64,000 bases of DNA from an uncultured virus (IMG/VR IMGVR_UViG_3300010885_009424). Its lineage: Duplodnaviria > Heunggongvirae > Uroviricota > Caudoviricetes. The notes under the pieces were generated by a model. The model saw only the letters and a list, made by a program, of their open reading frames with translations, made no database searches and had not been told where the DNA came from. The stretch lies in IMG/VR virus record IMGVR_UViG_3300010885_009424. One strand, given 5' to 3'. The stretch's first letter is position 1, and every line of letters starts with the position of its first letter. The position numbers and the translations under genes were made by a program. Below are positions 38,043 through 48,554 of this stretch, in pieces.

Positions 38043-41000
38043 ATGCCGTCATACGACTCAAGCCTGTTCAATGTCGATCCGTACTACGACGACTTCAGCG
38101 AGGACAAGAAGTACCTTCGACTGATGTTCCGACCTGGATACGGCGTTCAGGCTAGGGAACTGACGCAAGTACAGACCATCCTTCAGAATCAGGTAGAGCG
38201 TTTCGGCTCCCACATCTTCGAGGAGGGGAGCATCGTCCTCGACGGACAGGTCAGCGAGAACAGGCTGACTTATGCGAAGGTCGTGTTGGGCGCATCGGTG
38301 GATCCCGAGGATTTCATCGGAACGGTCGCCCGTGTGACAGGGAAGGCGAACGCAAGGATCGTCTATGCGGAGGATGTCCTTGCCGACTCCAATGCGGACG
38401 ACTACAGCGTCCTGTTCCTTGAGTACATGGACGGAGGGGCGACCTTCACGGCGGGAGACATCATCGCCGCCACGGCAGGGAACGGCACGGGAATCACCGC
38501 ATCGATCACAGGTCCATCGGTCGGTAATGTGGTCGGCGACGGCATCGTCGTGTCGGCGGAGCGTGGTGTGCGCTTCGTGGAAGGTTACTTCGTCCTCAAC
38601 ACGGCACAGTCGCTTGGGGCATACACCCTCACGGGCAGCACAGGCTCGCAGGTCAGGCTCTACGAGTCTCCGACCACGAGCATCGGCTTCACGGTCGAGA
38701 AGTCGTTCGTCACCGCTACGGACGACACCTCCCTGAACGACCCCGCATTCGGCTTCTACAACTATGCGGCACCTGGCTCGGACAGGTTCAAGATGGACAT
38801 GACGCTCTCGCAGCGTGGGTTCCTGCCGAACGACACCTCTTCCGTGGACAACTTCAGCCGTGTGGGCTTCGTGGAGTTCATGCGCATTGATGATGGCGAC
38901 ATTGTCAAGGTGGAGAAGTATCCCGACTACGCCGTGCTTGAGGACACCCTCGCACGACGAACCTTCGACGAATCGGGAAACTACACCGTCAGTCCGTTTG
39001 AACTCACGCTCAACGGACCCACGGCGAGCGATGGGTCTACCGTGCTGAAGGCGGAACTCGGAACGGGCAAGGCATATGTCTTCGGCTACGAGTTCGAGAC
39101 GCAGTCCAAGACCAAGTTGAATCTCCCGTGCGCCCGTGGGGGTGCGCACGAGCGCACGATCACCCGTGACTTCAACCGAACGGTCGGTCCCTACACGAAG
39201 GTGGTCTTCTCAAGGATTCCCGCATCCTTCGGTCTCACGGCAGAGTGGGGCAACCATCCGATGGTCATGCTCTCGACGGGAGCGAGCGGTGCGGGTTATG
39301 TGCCAATCGGTACGGCGAGGATCAGGTGGGTCGAGCCTTACTCGCCCCCGATCTACAACCTCTCCCTCTACGACATCAGTCTCACGGCGAATCCGTTCAG
39401 TGATGTCACCCGCATCTTCATGGGTGGAATAACCGCACAGGACAAGCACCTTTTCGTAGTCACGGGAAGCGCAGGTCTCGAAGGGGAGGATCAGGGTCTC
39501 CTCCTGTTCCAAGCCCCCGAGGGATCGGGTCTGACCTCTTTCGACGATGCGAACTATGCGGTCGCCACCTACTTCACGAAGACATCTGGTTCCCTCTCGT
39601 ATGCCTTCACCCTGAACTCGTACACGGGGCTTGAGTTCCCCATCACGACTTCGGCGGTCACCCTTCCGAATGCTGATGTCGTCGTGATCGATCAGGATGG
39701 CATCGTGGTCGGGGGAACCGCTGCGAGGGGCATCAACGAGACCGAACTGTCCGTGACGGTTTCGTCTGGAACGAGCAGCGGCAAGAAACTCCACATCATC
39801 GCCTCGCAGGACATATCGCAAACCCCGATGTCGAGCCGCACCAAGACGGAGGCGATGGTCAGCCTGACGCTCACGGGGCAATGGGGATCATCCCTCACGG
39901 GAGACTACCGTGGAACGACCGCAGACACCTTGTATCTGAATGGATACGCCGATGTCATCGAAGTCCTGTCGCTCACGGGAACGAAGGGAACCCTCACGGG
40001 ACAAAATCTGCTCCCGTACTTCACCTTCGACAACGGACAGCGGGACTCGCACTACGACTGGTCTAGGCTCACGATGAATGCGGGCGTTACGGGCGTGACG
40101 GGGTACTTCTTCGCCACCTTCCGACGCTATTCGCACGACAGCAACCTCGGTCCCTTCACGGTCAAGTCGTATCCCGACTACGAGGACATCCCCGCATACA
40201 CGAGCCGCACCACGGGCACGGTCTACCAACTGCGTGACTGCATCGATTTCCGTCCCGTCAAGGGAACCACGGGACAGATCAAGTCAACCGTTTGGATCCC
40301 CACGAACACGGCGGCGAACGACCTCGACTTCACCTACACCCACTACCTCCCGAGGACTGACAAGATCGTCCTCACGAGGGACAGGAGGTTCTCCGCCATC
40401 TCGGGAATACCGTCCCTGAATGCGGACATCCCCCCCGACGATCCGAACGCAATGTCGCTGTACACGGTGAGGCTCAACCCCTTCACCTTCAGCAGCGATG
40501 ACGCTTCCATCCGCTATGTGGAGAACAAGCGGTACACGATGCGTGATATCGGCGACCTTGAGAAGAGGATAGAGGCGGTCGAGTACTACACCACCCTCAA
40601 CCTCCTTGAGCAGGAGGCGAAGGGGAGGAGGATCCTCGACAACGCTGGCGACGAGATGCCGAAGAGGGGCATCCTCGTGGATCAGTTCAAGGGTCACTCG
40701 GTCGCCGACAACACGGATCCGATGTTCGCCGCAAGCATCGACTACGAGCGCAACGAACTCCGACCTTCGTTCGAGGCTAGGTCTTACGGTCTCACGGGCA
40801 CCACTCTGACGAATGTGGTCGGTGTCACCGCCGATGGAGTCTATCTCCTCAACTTCACGCAATCGGCGGTGATTTCTCACCTGCTTTCTAGCGGAAGCGT
40901 GGCGGTGAATCCCTCCACCATCGTCGGATACCTTGGAACTCTCTCCGTCTCGCCCGCAGTTGACAGTTGGTTCAACACGGACAAGCAGCCCAAGGTTCGT

Positions 41001-42977
41001 GTCAATGTCGAGGGAGAGAACGATAACTGGGAGCAGAATGCCGACTACGGCTTCGGCACCCGCTACAACGATTGGGAGGCGGTGTGGTTCGGGCGTGAGA
41101 ACGCCAACGAGAAGAACTCGAAGCCGAACCTCGTCCGCAGCAAGTTGCTCACGGCGAAGACCGATGGGGTGTCGCTGTCGAGCATCAATGCATCGACCGT
41201 TCCTGAGAGCATGAAGAAGGTCGTCCACAATAGGACAATCGGGAGGGATGTTCTTCCCGTCGCTCGTCCGAAGACGATCACCTTGGTGGCGAAGGGCTTG
41301 CGCCCATCGACCTCGTACCGTGTCTACTGCGATGGCATCGATGTGACGGCATATTGCACGGGAAGCGGCTCGACGAACACCAAGGGCGAGGCGACGATCT
41401 ACTTCTTGTTCAACGCCCCGCAGGTAGCCCCATACACGGAGCAGAAGTTCCTCGTCGGTCGGCACATCATCCGAGTGACTGATGGGACGAATCCCGACAA
41501 TCCCTCCAACTGGAAGATGCTTGCGGAGGGATCCTATTCGGTGGAGGGTGCATATGACTCACTCGCCGAGGACGGAATTCTCTCCACCCGACTCCCCGAC
41601 ACCCGCAGGAAGTCCGTGAAATCGGACAGGATCATGTCGAATCTGTCGGAGATCCTCACGAGTTCGGGGGAGATCCGTGGATACAGCGAGCCTCTCGCAC
41701 AGACCTTCTATGTCGATCCCGTGAAGTATCCGAGGGGCATCTTCCTCAAGTCGGTCGATCTCTACTTCTCTGCGAAGGATTCCCTGACCACCATCCCCGT
41801 GACGGTTCAAATCAAGCCGACCCTGTCGGGATATCCGCATCCGTCGAAGGTTCTTCCCTTCGCATCATCAACTCTCTACTCGGACAGCGTCACCACCGCC
41901 ACTCTCATAACTGACGGGGCATCCGACAGGACGAATTTCCCGTTCACTACCCCCGTGTATCTTCTGCCTGGTCGTGAATACGCCGTGTGCGTGTCCACGA
42001 ACTCGCCGAACTTCTCCGTGTTTACGGGATCGGTCGGCAGCGTCATCCTCCGTGCATCGGAGGAGGATGCGAAGATCAAGGTTTCCAAGCAGCCGATGAT
42101 GAGGTCGCTTTTCAAGGCGAAGAACAGCGGCAATCTCAGCATGAACGAGAACGAGACTCTTGCGATGAGGCTGAATGTTTGCAAGTTCGTCTCCTCAGGA
42201 ACGCTTGAGTTTGATAATGACGGGGTCAGCGGATCGGGATCTTTCTCGGTGAACGAGTTCAGGCTGAATGCGGTGGACTTCGCACCCGAGGGATCCGATA
42301 TCTCGTATTCGGCAACCATCGCAACAAACCCGACCACCACCTACTCGCAATTGGTCGCCAACCGAAACATAGTTCCCGACAACGGGTATTTGTCCCTCGC
42401 ATTATCGAACGGTGTCGGTGGGTTTGGAACCTTCACCGCCACACTTGAGGCAAGCACGGATGGATTCGTTTCGCCCGTGTTCGATCTCTATAGGTCGAGC
42501 GTGATTGGGGTGGGCAACCTGATCAACAACAGCGTCATCCTCACACCTGGAAACGCCGCATACAACGGGGAACTCGACCCGACCAACGAGACGGCGGCTG
42601 CGGGATACAGGACGAAGGCTAGGTACATCACCAAGAAGGTCACCCTTGAGGCGGGGGTGGAGGCGGAGAACATCACCGTGATGTTCTCCCTCTGCAACTC
42701 GAAGAAGGGCACGGCAACCGCCCCGACGATCCATGTCTTCGTCCGTCCCATCCCAATCGGGGAAGCCGACTACGACAACATCGGGTACATGAAGTTGACC
42801 ACTACGGACGGGGGTGTATCGACCTCCGAGGATGATTTCCGTGAGGTCTCGTACACCAACATCGGATACACCACCTTGAAGAAGTTCAAGACTTTCTCGG
42901 TCAAGATCGTGATGTATGGGGATACGAGCGGTGCTTCCGTCCCGAGGATCAGGAACCTGAGGATCATCGCCACATGA
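38043..42977 (+). CDS. Large baseplate/tail structural protein (VrlC/DUF4815-like)
   Basis: FNVDPYYDDF, FRPG..VQARELTQ.Q.ILQNQ, LARRTFDESGNY, N.RYTMRDIG.LEKRI..VEYYT.L. Confidence 0.85.
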   Translation: MPSYDSSLFNVDPYYDDFSEDKKYLRLMFRPGYGVQARELTQVQTILQNQVERFGSHIFEEGSIVLDGQVSENRLTYAKVVLGASVDPEDFIGTVARVTGKANARIVYAEDVLADSNADDYSVLFLEYMDGGATFTAGDIIAATAGNGTGITASITGPSVGNVVGDGIVVSAERGVRFVEGYFVLNTAQSLGAYTLTGSTGSQVRLYESPTTSIGFTVEKSFVTATDDTSLNDPAFGFYNYAAPGSDRFKMDMTLSQRGFLPNDTSSVDNFSRVGFVEFMRIDDGDIVKVEKYPDYAVLEDTLARRTFDESGNYTVSPFELTLNGPTASDGSTVLKAELGTGKAYVFGYEFETQSKTKLNLPCARGGAHERTITRDFNRTVGPYTKVVFSRIPASFGLTAEWGNHPMVMLSTGASGAGYVPIGTARIRWVEPYSPPIYNLSLYDISLTANPFSDVTRIFMGGITAQDKHLFVVTGSAGLEGEDQGLLLFQAPEGSGLTSFDDANYAVATYFTKTSGSLSYAFTLNSYTGLEFPITTSAVTLPNADVVVIDQDGIVVGGTAARGINETELSVTVSSGTSSGKKLHIIASQDISQTPMSSRTKTEAMVSLTLTGQWGSSLTGDYRGTTADTLYLNGYADVIEVLSLTGTKGTLTGQNLLPYFTFDNGQRDSHYDWSRLTMNAGVTGVTGYFFATFRRYSHDSNLGPFTVKSYPDYEDIPAYTSRTTGTVYQLRDCIDFRPVKGTTGQIKSTVWIPTNTAANDLDFTYTHYLPRTDKIVLTRDRRFSAISGIPSLNADIPPDDPNAMSLYTVRLNPFTFSSDDASIRYVENKRYTMRDIGDLEKRIEAVEYYTTLNLLEQEAKGRRILDNAGDEMPKRGILVDQFKGHSVADNTDPMFAASIDYERNELRPSFEARSYGLTGTTLTNVVGVTADGVYLLNFTQSAVISHLLSSGSVAVNPSTIVGYLGTLSVSPAVDSWFNTDKQPKVRVNVEGENDNWEQNADYGFGTRYNDWEAVWFGRENANEKNSKPNLVRSKLLTAKTDGVSLSSINASTVPESMKKVVHNRTIGRDVLPVARPKTITLVAKGLRPSTSYRVYCDGIDVTAYCTGSGSTNTKGEATIYFLFNAPQVAPYTEQKFLVGRHIIRVTDGTNPDNPSNWKMLAEGSYSVEGAYDSLAEDGILSTRLPDTRRKSVKSDRIMSNLSEILTSSGEIRGYSEPLAQTFYVDPVKYPRGIFLKSVDLYFSAKDSLTTIPVTVQIKPTLSGYPHPSKVLPFASSTLYSDSVTTATLITDGASDRTNFPFTTPVYLLPGREYAVCVSTNSPNFSVFTGSVGSVILRASEEDAKIKVSKQPMMRSLFKAKNSGNLSMNENETLAMRLNVCKFVSSGTLEFDNDGVSGSGSFSVNEFRLNAVDFAPEGSDISYSATIATNPTTTYSQLVANRNIVPDNGYLSLALSNGVGGFGTFTATLEASTDGFVSPVFDLYRSSVIGVGNLINNSVILTPGNAAYNGELDPTNETAAAGYRTKARYITKKVTLEAGVEAENITVMFSLCNSKKGTATAPTIHVFVRPIPIGEADYDNIGYMKLTTTDGGVSTSEDDFREVSYTNIGYTTLKKFKTFSVKIVMYGDTSGASVPRIRNLRIIAT

Positions 42978-43180
42978 GCAGGGACAGGATCCCCGTGCGG
43001 CACGAGAGGCTTGTCCGTGACACGAGGAGCAAGGCTCTCCTATCAACGGACAGGGAGGCGATCCTCGCCTACGAGATTCGGAAGAGGGAGCGTCAGACGC
43101 AGACCGAGAGGATAAATACCCTTGAGGAGAAGGTTTTCCAACTCCAAGAAGCCCTGTCCAAACTGCTAGGAAATCGGTGA
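42974..43180 (+). CDS. Small conserved hypothetical protein
   Basis: LVRD..SKAL..D motif and coiled-coil C-terminus. Confidence 0.7.
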   Translation: MSRDRIPVRHERLVRDTRSKALLSTDREAILAYEIRKRERQTQTERINTLEEKVFQLQEALSKLLGNR

Positions 43181-43184
43181 GTAG

Positions 43185-46100
43185 ATGACCTGTACCGCAT
43201 CAGACCTGATCAACATCCAACCGCTCGCTCTGTCGGACACCTTCAACACTTGGTTCGACAGGACGAACGAGGTCATTGGTTCCCTCAACTACCTGAACAT
43301 CTACGACATCGGGCAGTCGGGCGGCATCAACATCGACTCGGGATGCTCGGCGGCATACTACAACGGTCTTGCATTCATCTCGGTGGATGCGGGTGCGGGA
43401 ATCGGGATCGGCAGTGCAGCGTTCGGCGGCAACACGGACAAGGTAGTCATCGATGCCAAGAATCTTGAGGATCTCGGCACGGGTGCGAGTTCCAACCCCG
43501 CCACGAACGACTACATCATCGTCGCCGATGTCAGCGATGGTCGGCAGGGGATTGCAGGAACCCCAAAGCGCACCAATGCGGCACGAATGTTGCCTCCCGT
43601 GGTTACCTTCGGAGACTCGGGCAACGGCTCGTTCACGATCCAAGGCGATGTGAACATCGTCGGCAATCTGAATGTCGCCTCGACCCTTTCGTACATCGAC
43701 TCGAATGACCTTCGGATCGAAGACAAGGTTATCGAACTCGCCCTGAACCGCTATTCGGAGTTCGTCGTATCGGGTTCAGGTTTCACGGCTGCATCCTTCG
43801 TCGGAGGACAGACAACCTACTACATCGACAGCGGAACTCCTTCGTCGGGAAACGCCACCACCATCGGAACCGTGAGGAATTGGTCGTCGGGGTCTAGCAC
43901 CACGGGTTCGATCCAAATCCACTCGTTCACGGTCGGTGGGATCAGCGACTTCGTTAAAGGTGGCAAGTTGATCGTCACGGGTGCGGCAGTCACTAGCGCA
44001 CTCACGGTTACTAGCAGTCCCGCCTCGGACACCGACTACTACAACGACGAACTGCTCACTCCCGCAGGATTTGATATCAAGGGTCTGTCGGGCGACAAGA
44101 CCTTCCTGTGGAACTACAGGACTCCCGACTCCTCCGAGACTTGGAACGCCTTCATGGCGAACACCAACCTCGGTGTGACGGGTGCGGGTAACTCGGTCAT
44201 CTCGTCCCGATTCTCGTCCTACGGCTACAACACGGCGACCGACAACACCTTCACCTTCGAGGGTCAGGGTTCGTCATATTCCAAGTTTAATATCGGCACC
44301 GAACTCTCCATGCAACACAGCCCTGCGGGTGCTGCGGGAGTCACTTTCGGCATCGTCGCCATCGGAAGCACGGGCACCACCTACCCGAACTCGACGGTCT
44401 ACGGATGGGTCAAGCGGTTCAATGCTGACCAACTCGACGGCGCACACGCCTCGACCGCTGCGACTGCGTGGACGATCCCCGTGTCGCTCACGGATGGGCG
44501 TGTGCATGAGGACTTCATCCGTGCGGACGGCGTTCGTAAGGTGTTCTCGGTCGCCAACAGCGGTTTCGCCGTTGGTGATGTCGTCCGCATCAACTCAAGC
44601 GGCGGTCTGACATTCGCCAAGGCGAATGGGGTTGCTTCCGCCGAGGTCTTCGGAATGGTGGAGACTGTCCACGGCAGCAGGATTTCCGTGGTCAGCGAGG
44701 GATACATCACGGGACTGACGGGTGCGAGGATCAACGCAATCACTCCTCTCGTGACGGGAAATGTTTACTACCTCAGCGCAGCGGTTGCGGGTGGTCTGAT
44801 CGCTAATCCCGACGAAGGCTCATATGCGCTGTCCCTCGGGGAGGTGCGCCGAGCCGTCCTCCTCGCCACCGATGGCAACAGGGGATATGTGACGGCATAT
44901 GCGGGCACGGTTTTAGGTGGGAGTACGCCGACCGACATGGTCTATCTCCCGACCGTTGCCCCTGTCGGAGCCATACAGCCGTTCATGGGCAACCATGACA
45001 GGATTCCCGATGGATGGCTTCTCTGCGATGGCAAGGCGTTGCGTCCGAACGACTATCCCGATCTCTTCGATGTCCTCGACCAAAAGTACTATGCGTCCGC
45101 CACCATCGGAGCCGATCTCCATTCGGTGGTGATCGACGGCGACACGAGGAACCTCGCCGTCAATGACGGACTCGTCATCATCCTACCGAGCGGCTCATTC
45201 GTAGCGACCTACATCACAGAAATCGACACGGCGACCCGAGTGGTCACCATAGCCGAACCCTTGGCTGGTGGAATCGTGGGCGAGGCTCTGAAGGTCTACG
45301 GAACATACGGCGGCGGCGAAGGCTCGACGATCTTCTTCCTGCCCGACATGAGGACGAGGACGATCCTCGGCACCTCCTACGGTGACGGTCTTTCGGGCAG
45401 CGGCGTGATCGAACCGCAGTTGGAGTTGGGCAACATGGGTGGCGATGCCTACATGCCCGAGCATCAGCATAGCCTTGCGGTCACGGTATCAACGGGAAAC
45501 GGCAAGTACGGTTCCTTGTCAAATCAGACGGGCAATCTCGTCACACAGGTGTCGAACCTCCCGCCGTACATCACGGCGCATTGGATCATCCGCAGCAGGA
45601 AGACCCTTCCTGCCATCATCATCACGGGTCACAACCACGACAACTTCTATATCCGCTACGACATCCCGCATACGGTGGGCGCAGGGGCGGCGAACACCCT
45701 CGACACGACCGACCGTGAGCAGTTCCGCTCGAACGCCATGGCTCTCAGCAAGGAGAGCGACGACTCGACCTCAGGAAGCCTCGGGATCGAAGGCGAACTT
45801 CAGGTGACGGGTAGTGCGAACATCGGCCAAGACCTGAATGTCACATACACGAGCCGCTTCGGCAGCACGATGACCCTGACGGGGACAAACGGCTACATCA
45901 CGATTCTGAACAATCTGATCACGCCTCAGAAGGAGTGGGACGAGTATGGGATCAGGTCTAACTCCCCGCAGGTCGATTTCTACAACGGATCGATCAGGGT
46001 CGTGTCCGAGGTGCCTACTATCGTGCTGTTCAGCCCCACGGGCGGCTTCAACGATCCTTACGAAAACAAAGGCAGGATCGTCCACTTCGGGTCGCAGCAT

Positions 46101-46877
46101 CCCCCGACATCCTCGATCCCGCAGGAAGCCCTCATCACAGGAAGCCTTGGGTTCTCGACCCGTGGAAATGGGGCTACGGACGAGTACAGTCAGGCAATCG
46201 GCGCTGGTCAGCAAGAGTTCAGGGTCGGACTCAATATATCGGGCAGGGGCATCAATTATGTCTACGGAGAGGACACGGGCTTCATCCTCACCCGCAGGGA
46301 TACCGCATACAGGGGGCAAGGAAGCATCCGCTACAGGATGCCGTTTGGTATCACGGGTTCCACGGGATCCGAGCCGATCAAGAGCGTCACGATCAATACT
46401 AGCACGGGCGAACTGAAATCTTCGCCCGCTACTCCTGTATTTGAAGTCCTTGCGCCAGGATCATCTACTTTAGTCCTTCTAGGTTACCAAGTCGCTGGCG
46501 GTGACATCAAATCGACTAGTGGTTGGGTTCAAGTCGATGTTCCGAATAATCTTGTACCTAACGATGCACGGGGACTGATCGTCTATTATAACATGCAGAG
46601 CCAAGGTCAGGTTGACCCCAACGGCACGAATCTATATGTCTCTACCACAGGAACCGAAACTGTTCCAACATACTCAATTGTTATCGGTTCGCTGAGGACA
46701 GGAAACGACGACCCAGCGGGATCAGGAGGTCAAGCCTTTATTCCGATGGACACAAGAGGTTCGATCAGAAGGTTTTACTACAGGTTCGGAGGGGTCGGGA
46801 ACATAAACTTCTACAGTTTAAACGATTCTGCCTTGAAGGTGGGTGGATTGACTATCCGTGTCGTTGGGTACTACTAG
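43185..46877 (+). CDS. Tail fibre with tail-collar domain
   Basis: SDTFNTW...TN, PVGAI.PF.....P.GWLLCDG, F.LPDMR.R, N.PPY....WIIR; ATAAATA at 43112. Confidence 0.8.
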   Translation: MTCTASDLINIQPLALSDTFNTWFDRTNEVIGSLNYLNIYDIGQSGGINIDSGCSAAYYNGLAFISVDAGAGIGIGSAAFGGNTDKVVIDAKNLEDLGTGASSNPATNDYIIVADVSDGRQGIAGTPKRTNAARMLPPVVTFGDSGNGSFTIQGDVNIVGNLNVASTLSYIDSNDLRIEDKVIELALNRYSEFVVSGSGFTAASFVGGQTTYYIDSGTPSSGNATTIGTVRNWSSGSSTTGSIQIHSFTVGGISDFVKGGKLIVTGAAVTSALTVTSSPASDTDYYNDELLTPAGFDIKGLSGDKTFLWNYRTPDSSETWNAFMANTNLGVTGAGNSVISSRFSSYGYNTATDNTFTFEGQGSSYSKFNIGTELSMQHSPAGAAGVTFGIVAIGSTGTTYPNSTVYGWVKRFNADQLDGAHASTAATAWTIPVSLTDGRVHEDFIRADGVRKVFSVANSGFAVGDVVRINSSGGLTFAKANGVASAEVFGMVETVHGSRISVVSEGYITGLTGARINAITPLVTGNVYYLSAAVAGGLIANPDEGSYALSLGEVRRAVLLATDGNRGYVTAYAGTVLGGSTPTDMVYLPTVAPVGAIQPFMGNHDRIPDGWLLCDGKALRPNDYPDLFDVLDQKYYASATIGADLHSVVIDGDTRNLAVNDGLVIILPSGSFVATYITEIDTATRVVTIAEPLAGGIVGEALKVYGTYGGGEGSTIFFLPDMRTRTILGTSYGDGLSGSGVIEPQLELGNMGGDAYMPEHQHSLAVTVSTGNGKYGSLSNQTGNLVTQVSNLPPYITAHWIIRSRKTLPAIIITGHNHDNFYIRYDIPHTVGAGAANTLDTTDREQFRSNAMALSKESDDSTSGSLGIEGELQVTGSANIGQDLNVTYTSRFGSTMTLTGTNGYITILNNLITPQKEWDEYGIRSNSPQVDFYNGSIRVVSEVPTIVLFSPTGGFNDPYENKGRIVHFGSQHPPTSSIPQEALITGSLGFSTRGNGATDEYSQAIGAGQQEFRVGLNISGRGINYVYGEDTGFILTRRDTAYRGQGSIRYRMPFGITGSTGSEPIKSVTINTSTGELKSSPATPVFEVLAPGSSTLVLLGYQVAGGDIKSTSGWVQVDVPNNLVPNDARGLIVYYNMQSQGQVDPNGTNLYVSTTGTETVPTYSIVIGSLRTGNDDPAGSGGQAFIPMDTRGSIRRFYYRFGGVGNINFYSLNDSALKVGGLTIRVVGYY

Positions 46878-46892
46878 TTTGGGAATCTGTTC

Positions 46893-47234
46893 ATGGCAGT
46901 AACGATCAACAGGGACATAGATCAGGGGGCGAACTTCTCCTTCACCCACACGGTGAAGGGGACGGACGGATATCCCATCGACCTCTCCTCGGGCTACACC
47001 GCCTATGCGCAGATGCGGAAGTTCTACTCGTCCCCGTCCGCCGTCAACCTCGACGCAGCGATCACGGGAACCACGGGTCAGATCATGGTCAGCCTCGGTG
47101 CGACCGCATCCGCAGCCGTCAAGTCGGGGGTTTGGTTCTACGACCTCGAACTCCACTCGGGAGGCAGCGCAACGGTCAGCCGAGAGGTGCAGGGCATGAT
47201 CACCGTGTATCCCGAGATCACTAAAATTCCATGA
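46893..47234 (+). CDS. Small conserved virion-associated protein
   Basis: IDQGA.FS, DL..YTA.AQMRK.YSS, G.W.YD.E, G..TV.P.IT. Confidence 0.7.
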   Translation: MAVTINRDIDQGANFSFTHTVKGTDGYPIDLSSGYTAYAQMRKFYSSPSAVNLDAAITGTTGQIMVSLGATASAAVKSGVWFYDLELHSGGSATVSREVQGMITVYPEITKIP

Positions 47235-47310
47235 CACCCTAGATTTTATCGGGGCTTTCTCGCAGGATCCATAAGTACGGGCACAGCCTATTCGATATGG
47301 AGATTTCGAG

Positions 47311-48507
47311 ATGAGCGAAACCCTCACGATTGCCCCCGCCGCCCCCGTCCAAGCAAGCACCTTCACTCAGCAGCAGCACGGGAACAAGACGATCACGCTC
47401 TGCATGATCGTCAAGAACGAGGCGCATGTCATCGAACGATGCCTCGCCTCCGTGCTTCCTGTGATCGACCATTGGGTCATCGTGGACACGGGTTCGACGG
47501 ACGGCACCCAACAGAAGATCAAGGACTTCTTCGACCGCAACGGCATCGACGGCAAACTCCACGAGATTCCGTGGAAGGACTTCGGCTATAACCGCAGCGA
47601 GGCACTCCGACTCGCACAGGCGACCGACATCGACTACGCCTTGATGATCGACGCTGACGAAATCCTCGTCTTCGAGCAGGGCTTCGATCCCATCGCCTTC
47701 AAGAACAACCTGACCGCCGACCTCTACAATGTGTTCGCACACTTCGGTCAGACCCGTTACCACCGTCCCCAACTGACGAGCAACAAGAAGAAGTTCTACT
47801 ACCGAGGCATCCTCCACGAGTATGTGGACTGCCACGATCCCATCGGAACCCGTGACTTCGCCCGTGGGTTTATGAACACTCCGATTCAGGACGGCGCACG
47901 GTCGAGCGATCCCGAGAAGTATCAGAAGGATGCGATCCGCTTCGAGGAAGCCCTTGCATCGGGCACCGTCGAGGAGAAGGACTTCAACCGCTACCACTTC
48001 TACCTCGCTCAGTCGTACCGTGACTCGCATCAATGGGATAAGGCTCTTGATGCGTACCTCAAGCGTGCTGACCTCGGCGGTTGGAACGAGGAGGTCTTCT
48101 ACAGCCTCTATCAGGCGGGTCGCATCATGGAAATCCGTGAGAAGTCCGTGGACAACATCATTCAGGTCTACTTCAAGGCGTATCAGACCGCTCCTTGGCG
48201 AGCCGAGAGCCTGTGGGCTGCGGCTCGGCTCTGTCGTGCCTTCAGCCGATTCGACCAAGGCTACCGCTTCGCAAAGCAGGGTCTCAAGATCCGCTATCCC
48301 GAGGGTGGACTCTTCGTCGGTCAGGGCATCTACGATTGGGCGCTCCTCGACGAGTTCGCCATCGCCGCATATTGGACGGGAAACTACCGTGAGGCGAGGA
48401 TGACGGCTGTACAGATTATCAATGACAAGAAGTTCCCCGAGGATCAGAAGGATCGCATTGAAGCGAACCTGAAGTTCTCGACGGAAGCCCTGCTCTCTGA
48501 GGGATGA
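47311..48507 (+). CDS. Family 2 glycosyltransferase with TPR-like C-terminus
   Basis: LCMIVKNEA..I.RCL.SV, VDTGSTDGT, W.DFG.NR..AL, DADE, G.LHE, FYLAQSYRD helical repeats. Confidence 0.92.
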   Translation: MSETLTIAPAAPVQASTFTQQQHGNKTITLCMIVKNEAHVIERCLASVLPVIDHWVIVDTGSTDGTQQKIKDFFDRNGIDGKLHEIPWKDFGYNRSEALRLAQATDIDYALMIDADEILVFEQGFDPIAFKNNLTADLYNVFAHFGQTRYHRPQLTSNKKKFYYRGILHEYVDCHDPIGTRDFARGFMNTPIQDGARSSDPEKYQKDAIRFEEALASGTVEEKDFNRYHFYLAQSYRDSHQWDKALDAYLKRADLGGWNEEVFYSLYQAGRIMEIREKSVDNIIQVYFKAYQTAPWRAESLWAAARLCRAFSRFDQGYRFAKQGLKIRYPEGGLFVGQGIYDWALLDEFAIAAYWTGNYREARMTAVQIINDKKFPEDQKDRIEANLKFSTEALLSEG

Positions 48508-48554
48508 GGGTCGCCGCTAAATAGTGGGAGTCGCCGCAGGAGGAACTACCACTA

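Noticed and set aside
31678..41465. Long antisense ORFs (e.g. 31678-33078, 34095-35165, 38058-39149, 40284-41465)
   Set aside because: Shadows of GC-rich codon usage opposite well-supported structural genes; no motifs.
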